From a virus, in the IMG/VR virus record IMGVR_UViG_3300042260_000713, positions 1 to 64,000 of that record: DNA of 64,000 nucleotides. One strand, written 5' to 3'. The position numbers were made by a program, and so were the translations under genes. This document shows, piece after piece, positions 6,867-14,985 of the stretch (positions are counted from its first letter, which is position 1; each line of letters begins with the position of its first letter). The notes under the pieces were generated by a model. The model did not search any database. It was not told the origin of the DNA and saw only the letters and a program-made list of their open reading frames with translations.

Positions 6867-9031
6867 GCGTCGCGGGCGGCGGCATTGATCCAGCCCCTGG
6901 AGGGGGTCCACACCGGATCCCCCGATGGCCAGGGCCTGGCGCCACCGTTTGCCGGGTTGTTGGCCTGGTTCGGCCGGGGGGTGGTGGCCGGCAGGGCCGT
7001 GCGCTCCATCAGCGGGAAGTCGCTGGGCCCGCGGGGCTCACCGGTGCCACCGATCGGCCGCCAGGGCCTGCTGCTGGCCTCGTCGTACTTCTGCCGTGTC
7101 GCCGCGGCCAGGGCCTGCTGCTGCTCCTCCCAGCGCTCGCCGCGGCCGCTGGCCAGCTCGTTCTGAATGACCAGGGCCTCCAGGGTGATGGGAGACAGGG
7201 CACAGCGGCAGTTGTGGGTCAGAATCCCATTGGCGACATACATGCCTGAGAACGTCGTCAGGTCGTACACAAAACCGTCGTGCCACGCAGGATCAACCTT
7301 GATGTCCAGGATCTCGTCAGCCGCTACGAGGCCGGGGCAAGCCCCAACCAGCTGGCCAAGCATTTCCACATCACCCGCCGAACCGTTCATCGCCGGTTGC
7401 TCAAAGCGGGGGTCCCGCCACGCAATGCCAGCAAGGCGAACCAGCTCCGATGGGTTCAGATGACCCCCGAGCAGCGCGCTGCGCAGGTCGCCGCGGCCCA
7501 TGAGGCCTCCAAGGGCCGCGTGGAACGTGAGGAGAGCAAGGTCCAGCGCGCTCAGACCCGCTTTCAGCGGTCGCTGGGCATCAGCGGGTACGAGAGGCAG
7601 ATTGCCGAGCTGCTGCAGGCCGCCGGCCACGAGGTGGTTCATCAGCTCCCGGTCGGCCCATACAACATCGATCTGGCCCTGCCCGGCTGCTCCATCGCCG
7701 TGGAAGTGAACGGGGGCCACTGGCACGCCTACGGCCGGCATCTTGCTCGCCGCAACCGTCGCCTGAAACAGATCCTCGATGAGGGCTGGAGCTGTTGCGA
7801 GGTCTGGGTTGGCCATGACGGACTGGACCCCGGGGGCCTGGGCGAGCACCTGGTCGCCACGATTGAGCGCATGCGCAGCAACCCAGCCTCGGGTTGTCGC
7901 CACGAGATGATGACGGGTACAGGCGAGGCGACGGCCCGCCTTCGTTCGTATGGTCACGACGTCGCCCCGATAGATCATGCGAGTCGCCGCGATCAGGTGA
8001 CCGGGCAGTACCTCCGTGCCGGGTAGCACGCAGTTCGGGTGGATCGGGGTCTTCACGCTGCCGGCGTAGTAGAGGGCCCCCATCCGGGGCGCGCAGAACT
8101 CGCAGACCCGATCGTCGGCTGTGGCCACGTATCGCACGAAGCCGGCCCCCACCCGGCGGAAGGTGCGCTCGCGGGCCTCGCCGGCGGCGATGTGGGTTTC
8201 GGTGCGGGCGACGGTCTCGGCGCGGCCGCGAAAGGCGTCGTTGATGTGGGGTAGGCGCTGCTTGAGGGTGCGGGCCAGCTGGCGGCTGTCCACGCCGGTA
8301 GCCAGCTGGGTGGCGGTCTCAAACTGCACCGTGTCGCCCCAGTCGCGCCACCAGCGAAAGAAGTAGTCCTTCGAAGCGCGCACCCGCTCATCGGTTGCGG
8401 CGTTGCGCTGGCGGCGGTAGTTGGCGCTGAGGCTCTTGAAGTCGCGCTCGGCTGCGGCGATGGTGGCGCCCATGTTCAGGAGCCTGGTGAAGCTCTGGCC
8501 CTCCTGGTAGGGGCTCCCGGGGGCCGGCGCATCGGTGGGGCCTGGAGGCCCGGCAGGCGGCAGCTGGGGGTCCTGCAGGGCTGGGTGGCGGCCGGAGAGC
8601 ACGGCGGCCGGGGGGAGCATGTTGCGCGAGAGCTCGATGGCGTACTCGGTGCCGAGGTCCTGGGCGCGGTTGTAGAGCTCCGTGAGCTCACGGTTCAGGG
8701 CTGCGTTGGCGGCCCGGTCGGCCGGGAAGCGGTTGATGATCGCCTGCAGGTCCTGAACCAGCTGGCCCTGCAGGTAGAGGCTGGCCTGGTTCTTCTGCAG
8801 GGGGGTGATGGGCACGGGGCCATCGGGGGTGGATCCCAGGAAGGCGCCGGGGGTGGTGGCCGGGTCGTACTGGGGCTGGGCCTCGATCCGCTCCAGCCGA
8901 TCGGTGAGGCTGCGGATGGTGCGGCGCAGCGCCTCATCGAAGATCCCGCGCAGCTTGCGCAGCTGCCGATCCTCCAGGCCCCGCAGCTGCTGATCCAGCT
9001 CCTCGAGCAGCTCCAGGGACCGGTCAGCCAT
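6824..9031 (-). CDS. Head morphogenesis protein (Mu F / SPP1 gp7 family) interrupted by an intein
   Basis: ...GRAETVARTETHIAAGEARERT...RYVATADDRVCEFCAPRMG...TPIHPN[intein]CRCALSP. With the insert removed, the family hallmark HPNCRC is restored. Lies downstream of the portal. Confidence 0.8.
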   Translation of the reverse strand: MADRSLELLEELDQQLRGLEDRQLRKLRGIFDEALRRTIRSLTDRLERIEAQPQYDPATTPGAFLGSTPDGPVPITPLQKNQASLYLQGQLVQDLQAIINRFPADRAANAALNRELTELYNRAQDLGTEYAIELSRNMLPPAAVLSGRHPALQDPQLPPAGPPGPTDAPAPGSPYQEGQSFTRLLNMGATIAAAERDFKSLSANYRRQRNAATDERVRASKDYFFRWWRDWGDTVQFETATQLATGVDSRQLARTLKQRLPHINDAFRGRAETVARTETHIAAGEARERTFRRVGAGFVRYVATADDRVCEFCAPRMGALYYAGSVKTPIHPNCVLPGTEVLPGHLIAATRMIYRGDVVTIRTKAGRRLACTRHHLVATTRGWVAAHALNRGDQVLAQAPGVQSVMANPDLATAPALIEDLFQATVAASKMPAVGVPVAPVHFHGDGAAGQGQIDVVWADRELMNHLVAGGLQQLGNLPLVPADAQRPLKAGLSALDLALLTFHAALGGLMGRGDLRSALLGGHLNPSELVRLAGIAWRDPRFEQPAMNGSAGDVEMLGQLVGACPGLVAADEILDIKVDPAWHDGFVYDLTTFSGMYVANGILTHNCRCALSPITLEALVIQNELASGRGERWEEQQQALAAATRQKYDEASSRPWRPIGGTGEPRGPSDFPLMERTALPATTPRPNQANNPANGGARPWPSGDPVWTPSRGWINAAARDAYDAMVAEVAGLEV
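7211..8032 (-). mobile_element. Intein (274 aa) within the Mu F-like gene
   Basis: Starts with Cys1 (CVLPGTEVL). Block B-like LACTRHHLVATTRGWVAAHALNRGDQVL. C-terminal FVYDLTTFSGMYVANGILTHN followed by the +1 Cys of CRC. Confidence 0.8.
7280..8026 (+). CDS. HTH + Vsr/DUF559-like PD-(D/E)XK endonuclease (putative homing endonuclease), antisense and nested inside the intein
   Basis: 248-aa ORF. N-terminal HTH is VSRYEAGASPNQLAKHFHITRRTVHRRLLKAGV. The core is PYNIDLALPGCSIAVEVNGGHWH...RRLKQILDEGWSCCEVW, similar to the motif YRADFAWPAAQVAVEINGGLW in the 27276 gene. Third-codon positions are strongly G/C. Confidence 0.6.
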   Translation: MPRRINLDVQDLVSRYEAGASPNQLAKHFHITRRTVHRRLLKAGVPPRNASKANQLRWVQMTPEQRAAQVAAAHEASKGRVEREESKVQRAQTRFQRSLGISGYERQIAELLQAAGHEVVHQLPVGPYNIDLALPGCSIAVEVNGGHWHAYGRHLARRNRRLKQILDEGWSCCEVWVGHDGLDPGGLGEHLVATIERMRSNPASGCRHEMMTGTGEATARLRSYGHDVAPIDHASRRDQVTGQYLRAG

Positions 9032-9224
9032 TCAGGGGGGTGCAGCGCGCCCGCAGAGCATCGACCCGGGCCTGCAGTCTGTCGGTGCTTGTCTGCAGAG
9101 GTTTGCCAGTGAGCTCGCGCAGGTGTTCGTCCTGCAGCCGGTAGAAGGCTTCCAGGTCGCCACGGCCTCGGGCCTCATTCATGGCCACAAGCAGCTGGAA
9201 ACGGCGAGGGAATGGTTGCTTCAT
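9024..9224 (-). CDS. Small hypothetical protein ending in the RxDALxxxC helix motif
   Basis: 66-aa ORF with ATGA overlap to the upstream stop. The C-terminus ...DRLQARVDALRARCTPLNG resembles the helix that precedes the cysteine modules. Confidence 0.45.
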   Translation of the reverse strand: MKQPFPRRFQLLVAMNEARGRGDLEAFYRLQDEHLRELTGKPLQTSTDRLQARVDALRARCTPLNG

Positions 9225-11578
9225 GGCCGGCCCCCAAAACGACGATCGAGCTCGCGCCGCATCCGATCAAGATCACTCTGGCCGAAGATGGCATCGCGCG
9301 CTGCCGCGGCCCGGGCCAGCACTTCCGGCGTGAGCGGCGGCTCCAGGCCCACCCGGGGATCCCGCAGGGCCATGTCGTAGGGCATGCCCTCCTCTCTCTT
9401 AATCCTGTTGGCTTCCACAATCCGGCGGCGGAACTCACCCGGCTCAAACTTCACGCCCACCTGGTCTTCGTTGGTCTCCTCCCACGCGAGGTCGTGGGCT
9501 GAGATCACGCGCTTGAAGGCCAGCTCTGCATCCCTTGCCCTCTCGCGTGCAGTGGCGACGATTTCAGAGAGGCCCTTCGCCGCTGCTGGCAGCCGCTGCG
9601 CCTGGCCAGCAAGGCTGAGCAGGGGGATGAGGGCATAGCCCTCGTCGCTGGCCTTCATTGCTGCACTGCGGGTGCCCTCATTCCATGGGTTGGGGGATTC
9701 TCGAACCTGCCCCCAGTCGATCAAGGCCGGTGTGCCATCCGGGCCCACCAGGATGTTGCCGCCGTGCAGGTCCCCGTGGATCAGGCCGGAGTCGGCCTGC
9801 CGGCGGGCCAGCTGCAGCGCACCCGCCACGTACCTGGCCGCGGCCTTCGGGTCCGAGAGGGTTGCCGCCGCTTCTGGGGTCAGGTCCACCGTCTGGTGGG
9901 ACGGGGTGAGCTTCGAGCCGCGCAGCATGCGGTATGCGAGGCTCCAACGGCCATCGGGCAGGTGGACAACATCTCCGATCGGCTTGGGGCCCAGGCCGAC
10001 CGCATGGGCCCGCTGCAGGTTGCGCAGCTCACGTCGGGCCACGTTCTCTCGCTGCTCGGCCAGGCCCACCCGCGGATCATCCTCTGCGGGGTCACCCATG
10101 GTGAGGCTGTTGACCTTCACCACCACAGGGCCATCGGCGGTGTCGAACTGGTAGGTCTTGCCAAACGCCCCACTGCCCAGGCTGCGCACCGGCGGCTGCC
10201 CGCGGAATCGGGGCTCTCCGCCGTCAGCCTCGAGCGTGATCTCGCCCTTGCCGGCGGCAGCGGTGGCTGCATTTCGGGCCTTCCGCTCTGCTGCCTCCCG
10301 AACCTTGCGGGCCTGGGTTTCCTGATGCAGCTGCATCAAGCGGTTCGGCGTGGCCGCGGGTTGCACCGCAGCAGCCCCTTTGCGGCAGGTGTCGCGGGGA
10401 TCGATCCAGCCCGCACCGCAGGGTTCGCCACCTCCCGGGCCGCGGCCGCCGCTTGCACCGCCCCCGGTCAAGTCCAGCGCCATCTGGCCGGGAGCCTCTT
10501 GTCGGCGACGGGCATCAAAGCGCTGTTTCAGGGCGTCGATGCGGACCTGGAGGCTGTCCAGAGTGGTGCGATCTCCGCCGCCAAACTCAGGCAGCTGCAT
10601 TGCTGCTTCGATGAACAGGCGCTCGTCGTCATCTAATTCGCTATCCATACGCCGGCGTTTTGCGATCTTGCCTCCCTTCACAAGGGCAATCCCGTCATGC
10701 CTCTGGCCAACCGGGAATTGAAAACCTAGTGCCTCGTACATTTTCTTCCGCTCTTCACCATATCCATCACCTCCATAGGCGCTGCAGGTGAGCAGTGAAC
10801 CATCAGGCATCCCCTTCAACATCTCGGCCATCTGTCGAAACACTGCGCGAGCCACCAGGGCCCCATCAGCGGGGGAGATGTCAATTCTTTTCAGGCCAGT
10901 CATAACTTCACTGGTGCCAGTGAAGAAATTCAGATCGGTGGCCACGATTTTTGGCACACCGGGGGCGTCTTCGTCGCCTGGGACCACCAGCGGATTTACC
11001 CCTACTTCCTTGCCCAGCTCAGCAGCTCGACGGTGGATGCTGGTTGACCAGACATAACTGGCATCAGGATCTCGGAGTCTGACGTTGGTGATTTGCCCGA
11101 ACACCCCGGCGTGAATCGTTCTGGTCTCAGTGTTGCCGCCGCTGATCTCAACGGTGAATTCGCGCTGAAGCTGGTCTTTTCGCGGGCGACCGCTCCCACT
11201 ACGCGGTGGGTCCGTTGACTTGATGCTGATTTTTGCCTTTCTGCGGTCAGCTGCCTCAGCGGCAGTGGCGGCGATAGTTTGCCGGGCGGTCTTGCGCCGG
11301 TTCAGAAGCTCTTGAGCCTTGCTGCCGCGGGCGCTGCGCAACTCCTGGGCCATCTCGCCGGCCTCGCCGGCCTTGACCGTGCCGATGCCCCGCTGGTTGG
11401 AGGGACCTCCGGCCGCCAGGGCCATGAGCCGCTTCAGGCGCTCCTTGCCGATTGCCGATCCCGGCCTGGTGCGGCATTCCTTCCGCAGGCTGATGCACGT
11501 GGATCCGCAGCCGTAGCCGGTGCTGCACTTGCGCTTCAGGGCATCGATCCGTTCCTGCAGGCTCTCAGCCCGGTTCAT
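9221..11578 (-). CDS. Multidomain virion-module protein: N-terminal Cys4 module, DGYG/GF domain, protein-kinase-like domain
   Basis: ATGA overlap with the portal stop. Begins MNRAESLQERIDALKRKCSTGYGCGSTCISLRKECR. Kinase motifs are GSGAFGKTY...VVVKV...HGDLHGGNILV...LIDWG (about 9695-10192). Confidence 0.7.
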   Translation of the reverse strand: MNRAESLQERIDALKRKCSTGYGCGSTCISLRKECRTRPGSAIGKERLKRLMALAAGGPSNQRGIGTVKAGEAGEMAQELRSARGSKAQELLNRRKTARQTIAATAAEAADRRKAKISIKSTDPPRSGSGRPRKDQLQREFTVEISGGNTETRTIHAGVFGQITNVRLRDPDASYVWSTSIHRRAAELGKEVGVNPLVVPGDEDAPGVPKIVATDLNFFTGTSEVMTGLKRIDISPADGALVARAVFRQMAEMLKGMPDGSLLTCSAYGGDGYGEERKKMYEALGFQFPVGQRHDGIALVKGGKIAKRRRMDSELDDDERLFIEAAMQLPEFGGGDRTTLDSLQVRIDALKQRFDARRRQEAPGQMALDLTGGGASGGRGPGGGEPCGAGWIDPRDTCRKGAAAVQPAATPNRLMQLHQETQARKVREAAERKARNAATAAAGKGEITLEADGGEPRFRGQPPVRSLGSGAFGKTYQFDTADGPVVVKVNSLTMGDPAEDDPRVGLAEQRENVARRELRNLQRAHAVGLGPKPIGDVVHLPDGRWSLAYRMLRGSKLTPSHQTVDLTPEAAATLSDPKAAARYVAGALQLARRQADSGLIHGDLHGGNILVGPDGTPALIDWGQVRESPNPWNEGTRSAAMKASDEGYALIPLLSLAGQAQRLPAAAKGLSEIVATARERARDAELAFKRVISAHDLAWEETNEDQVGVKFEPGEFRRRIVEANRIKREEGMPYDMALRDPRVGLEPPLTPEVLARAAAARDAIFGQSDLDRMRRELDRRFGGRP
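11405..11563 (-). repeat. Cys4-module repeat, copy 1
   Basis: Encodes SLQERIDALKRKCSTGYGCGSTCISLRKECRTRPGSAIGKERLKRLMALAAGG. DNA is similar to 53149-53307, 60082-60240, 62107-62268 and 63478-63612. Confidence 0.85.
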
Positions 11579-13569
11579 GCCTCTGCCCCATCTGCAGGAA
11601 GGTAGGCATCGCACAGGGCGCCCATCGCCACCAGGTCGACGGCGTCGATCCGGCGGATGGTGGGGGTGGGGCCAACGGCATCGCGCACGCCCCGCAGGTG
11701 CTGGTGGCCCAGGGCCAGCAGGTAGGCGCCGCTGGATGCCTCGAACACCTCCCAGGCGCCGCTCAGATCCGGTCCCACCGCCACGGGATAGGGGAGGGTC
11801 TGTCCGTAGGGGCCCTGCAGGCGGCCGATGCCCGGGCCATCCATCCGCACGCTCACCCCGAGGATCTGATGGATCTGGCCGGCGGCATCGTTGCGGGGCT
11901 GCTCATCCCGGCGGCGGCGGCGGCGCGCGCGGTGCTCGGTGATCTGCTCGGCCAGGGCCTGGGCCCGCTCCTCGCAGGCGTCACAGCAGGGCTCGTCGTC
12001 GGCATCGGTGCGGGGCGGGGTCTCAGGCGGTGCGGTGCCCTCCAGGCCCTCCAGCCCGGCATCACCGCCGGCGGCCGGAGCCTCCCCGGTGGCCTGGGCC
12101 TCCCCGGGGGCCGCGGCCGGATCGCCCCCGAGGGTGCCGCCGAACTCCACCGGGGCAGGCTGCTCCGGCTGCGGGATCGAACCATCGGCCTCGCGGTTCA
12201 GCAGGGTGGTGTCGAGGGAGAACCGAGGCTTCCCGAACCGCGCCAGCGCCACCTCGTTGGGCTGCAGCACACCGCCGGTGATGTACTGGCTGTCGGCCGC
12301 GGCCACCTTCTGCCGCAGCTCCGCCTGTTCATCATCCGTTGGGGTGTAGGTGGGCCGGAAGGTGATCTCCCAGTCTTGCGGCGGGGCCTTGCCCTTCCAG
12401 GGGCCATCGGAGCAGGCCATCACCAGCTCGTAGATGCGCCGGAGGGGTTCCTTCAGGTGCTGGGCCTGCCAGTCAGCCACCTCGTTGCCGAAGGCCGCCT
12501 GCTCGCTGCGGCCATCGGCGCCCAGGCCCGAGGGGCTCTCACCCCACAGCAGGGTGTGAGGGAGGCCAGAGGCGCCGGTGATCTCCGATTTCAGGCTGGC
12601 GAGGATGTCGGCGATGCCGGCGGCGGAGCGGGTGAAGTGGGTCAGCTCCTCGTTGTCGTTCAGCAGGTAGGCGCCGATGGTGGAGCGGGCCAGGGCGTTG
12701 GCCTGCAGGCGCTGGCGCAGCTTGTCCTCTCCGCCGGCGGCGAGCATGTTGGAGAGGCCTGGGAGCTTGTGCACCACCAGGTCGAAGTCGTGGAGAATGT
12801 CGGCGGCGCTCTGCTGGCCGGTTTCGTAGCGCTTGAACACGTCCCAGACCAGATCCACCACCGACACGCCCCACCACTGCCGCTCCTGCTGGGAACGCCA
12901 GCTGCAGGGCAGACCCTCGATGCGGATCACCCGGCTGCTGTGGATCTCGATCTGGGTGGCATCGGTGAGGCCCAGGCCGGCGCTGGTGACCTGCTTGGCG
13001 CCGGCCTCCGTTTCGAGCTTCTGGAGGTCGCGATCGGCCTGGGTCCAGAACCAGTACCGCTCCGGTTCACCGATGCCCGACCAGCCGGCAGCGGGGTAGA
13101 GGCGCCAGCGATCGATTGGGTAGAGGCCGTGGATGGTGCGCAGCCGCTTGAGGTTCAGCGGCTGATCGATGGGCGTTCGGTCGTCGGCGATCACGATGAT
13201 CGCGCCGCCGCCGTAGAGGCGGCTGTAGGTGGCGGCCTGGGCCAGGGCCTGGCGAAGGTGCAGCTTCTCCGTCCAGCCCACCACGTCGTCGAGCTGCTTC
13301 TTCATGCGGCTGGAGGTTTCATCCCCCACGCTCAAATCCCAGCCGCTGCGGGTGCCCTGCTGGGGCAGCTTCTCGACGATGCGGCGGATCAGCCAGCTCT
13401 GTTCGTAGAGGGCATCGATTGCGGCCTCAGAGAGGATGCGTGATCGCTTGACGCCGATCGCTTCGTTTCGGTCCTTGGCGGTGCCCAGGCCGGTGAGCAC
13501 GTTGATCAGCGCACCATCAAGGCGATACCCGGCGCCGGGGTCATTCGACTGCAGGAAACCGATCGCCAC
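11575..13569 (-). CDS. Portal protein (DUF1073-like)
   Basis: 664 aa. N-terminus ...LDGALINVLTGLGTAKDRNEAIG...ALYEQSWLIRRIVEKLP is typical of this portal family. Lies next to the terminase and head genes. Confidence 0.75.
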   Translation of the reverse strand: MAIGFLQSNDPGAGYRLDGALINVLTGLGTAKDRNEAIGVKRSRILSEAAIDALYEQSWLIRRIVEKLPQQGTRSGWDLSVGDETSSRMKKQLDDVVGWTEKLHLRQALAQAATYSRLYGGGAIIVIADDRTPIDQPLNLKRLRTIHGLYPIDRWRLYPAAGWSGIGEPERYWFWTQADRDLQKLETEAGAKQVTSAGLGLTDATQIEIHSSRVIRIEGLPCSWRSQQERQWWGVSVVDLVWDVFKRYETGQQSAADILHDFDLVVHKLPGLSNMLAAGGEDKLRQRLQANALARSTIGAYLLNDNEELTHFTRSAAGIADILASLKSEITGASGLPHTLLWGESPSGLGADGRSEQAAFGNEVADWQAQHLKEPLRRIYELVMACSDGPWKGKAPPQDWEITFRPTYTPTDDEQAELRQKVAAADSQYITGGVLQPNEVALARFGKPRFSLDTTLLNREADGSIPQPEQPAPVEFGGTLGGDPAAAPGEAQATGEAPAAGGDAGLEGLEGTAPPETPPRTDADDEPCCDACEERAQALAEQITEHRARRRRRRDEQPRNDAAGQIHQILGVSVRMDGPGIGRLQGPYGQTLPYPVAVGPDLSGAWEVFEASSGAYLLALGHQHLRGVRDAVGPTPTIRRIDAVDLVAMGALCDAYLPADGAEA

Positions 13570-13618
13570 GGGCCGATGCGCACAGGGCCAGGGTAGGCCG
13601 CATCACACAGGGACAACC

Positions 13619-13647
13619 TTGGCCGGGGATGTTACAACCCATAGGCT
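13619..13647 (+). promoter_or_regulatory. Candidate sigma-70-type promoter for the plus-strand island
   Basis: TTGGCC (13619-13624), a 17-nt spacer, then TAGGCT (13642-13647). This is 24 nt upstream of the GTG at 13671. Confidence 0.3.
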
Positions 13648-13670
13648 GGTAGGACATCTGATCTAACCCG

Positions 13671-14657
13671 GTGAGCTCGCCGCTGGATGCGATGCTGCAG
13701 GCCTACGGGCGGCTGCCGATCCCCACTCGGGAGGAGCAGGTGTTGCTGGGCCGCAAGATTCGCGCCTGGCTGGACTGGGAGCCATCGCTGGAAGAGCAGG
13801 AGCAGGGCATCACCGAACCTCCGCAGCGGCTGCGGCGGGCGGGGATGCGGGCGCGGGAGCAACTGATCAGCAGGAACATGCTGCTGGTGGCGGACCAGGC
13901 CCGTTCGTTCTCGGTGAGCTCCACACCGGCGCTGGAGCTGCAGGATCTGATCCAGGAGGGTGCGATCGGGCTGTGCCGGGCGGCGGAGCTGTTTGATCCC
14001 GCCCTGGGCTATGCCTTCTCCACCTATGCGGTGCTGTGGATCCGGCAGAGCATGACGCGGCTGGTGCATGGCTCTGGAGCGATTCATATCCCAACGAAGC
14101 GATCGCAGGCGATGCACGGCCTGCGGAAGTGGTGCGAGGCCTTCACTGTGCGAGAGGGCAGGTTGCCCACCGATGCCGAGCAGCTGGCGGCAGGCCTCAC
14201 CGGCGTGCAACGGCCCGGTGACCTGAGGATCTTGCGGGAGGCTGCGGCCGTCTACCAGCTGCGCTCTCTCGATGTGTTGATCGGTGATGAGGATGGCGAC
14301 ACCTGGTTGAGCACCGTGGCGGCCCCGGCGGATGACCATCAGCCATCTGCCAGCGACAGGGAGTTCGATCAGGTGCTGCACTTCCTGCGGCCCTGGCCGG
14401 TGCTGCAGGAAGTGATGGAGCGACGCCTGGCGGGCCAGCCGTTCTGGGAGATCAGTGAAGCGATGGGGATGAGCGAGCGAGCAGCGATTCGCCGCGGCCG
14501 GCAAGCGCTGGCGATGGCGCAGCTGCTGGCGCGTGCGAGCGCCGAGGCCAAGGGAGAGGAGCAGCAGGAAGAGGAGCAGCAGGAGGAGCTTCCAGCGGAA
14601 CCGGCGGCGGTGGTGTACGTGCAGCCGTCTCTGCTGCCAGACCTGGTGCCTGCCTAG
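13671..14657 (+). CDS. RNA polymerase sigma factor, sigma-70 family
   Basis: Region 2: DLIQEGAIGLCRAAELFDPALGYAFSTYAVLWIRQSMTRLV. Region 4 HTH: FWEISEAMGMSERAAIRRGRQALAMAQ. Acidic C-terminal tail. Confidence 0.85.
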   Translation: MSSPLDAMLQAYGRLPIPTREEQVLLGRKIRAWLDWEPSLEEQEQGITEPPQRLRRAGMRAREQLISRNMLLVADQARSFSVSSTPALELQDLIQEGAIGLCRAAELFDPALGYAFSTYAVLWIRQSMTRLVHGSGAIHIPTKRSQAMHGLRKWCEAFTVREGRLPTDAEQLAAGLTGVQRPGDLRILREAAAVYQLRSLDVLIGDEDGDTWLSTVAAPADDHQPSASDREFDQVLHFLRPWPVLQEVMERRLAGQPFWEISEAMGMSERAAIRRGRQALAMAQLLARASAEAKGEEQQEEEQQEELPAEPAAVVYVQPSLLPDLVPA

Positions 14658-14712
14658 CACGTATGTTCCATTCCGAGGTAGAGTTGACCCGAAACAAGGC
14701 CATCGCGATTCC

Positions 14713-14985
14713 ATGCCGGCAAAGGCGCAACACTCCAGGCCCACCACGGAGACAGAGCAGGGGCTCACGGAAATGCAGCAGCGCACCCTGGATGCAGTAA
14801 GGGCCTACATCGATGCCAACGGCATCAGCCCGACCCTGAAGGATCTGCAAAAAGCGCTGGGGCTGTCATCTGTCAGCCCAGTGCAATACCACCTGAGGAA
14901 CCTGCAGGCTGCTGGGGCGATTGATCAGCGCCACGGTGTGCCTCGCAGTATTCGGGTGTTGTGGCCTCGCCCTGAGGCGGACTGA
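14713..14985 (+). CDS. LexA N-terminal DNA-binding-domain-like protein with no peptidase domain
   Basis: MQQRTLDAVRAYIDANGISPTLKDLQKALGLSSVSPVQYHLRNLQAAGAIDQRHGVPRSIRVL parallels the LexA winged-helix domain. The start is ATG 14713 or 14773. The ORF stops immediately after the domain. Confidence 0.65.
   Translation: MPAKAQHSRPTTETEQGLTEMQQRTLDAVRAYIDANGISPTLKDLQKALGLSSVSPVQYHLRNLQAAGAIDQRHGVPRSIRVLWPRPEAD

Noticed and set aside
7400-7900. A conventional LAGLIDADG/HNH endonuclease domain in the minus-strand (intein) frame
   Set aside because: No LAGLIDADG pair, HNH or GIY-YIG motif is visible in the 185 or so central residues. The segment is Ala/Gly/Leu-rich and is better explained as read-through of the antisense endonuclease gene.
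11698-13443. 581-aa plus-strand ORF
   Set aside because: It is the shadow frame of the portal gene in a GC3-rich genome. Its composition is low-complexity Gly/Ala/Leu/Arg with no motifs. The minus-strand product has portal-family features.
13632-14786. 384-aa minus-strand ORF (and 15172-15921 minus, 249 aa)
   Set aside because: These are antisense to the sigma factor and the downstream island genes, which carry clear sigma-70, LexA-DBD and wHTH motifs. The minus products are Arg/Pro/Leu-rich with no motifs.
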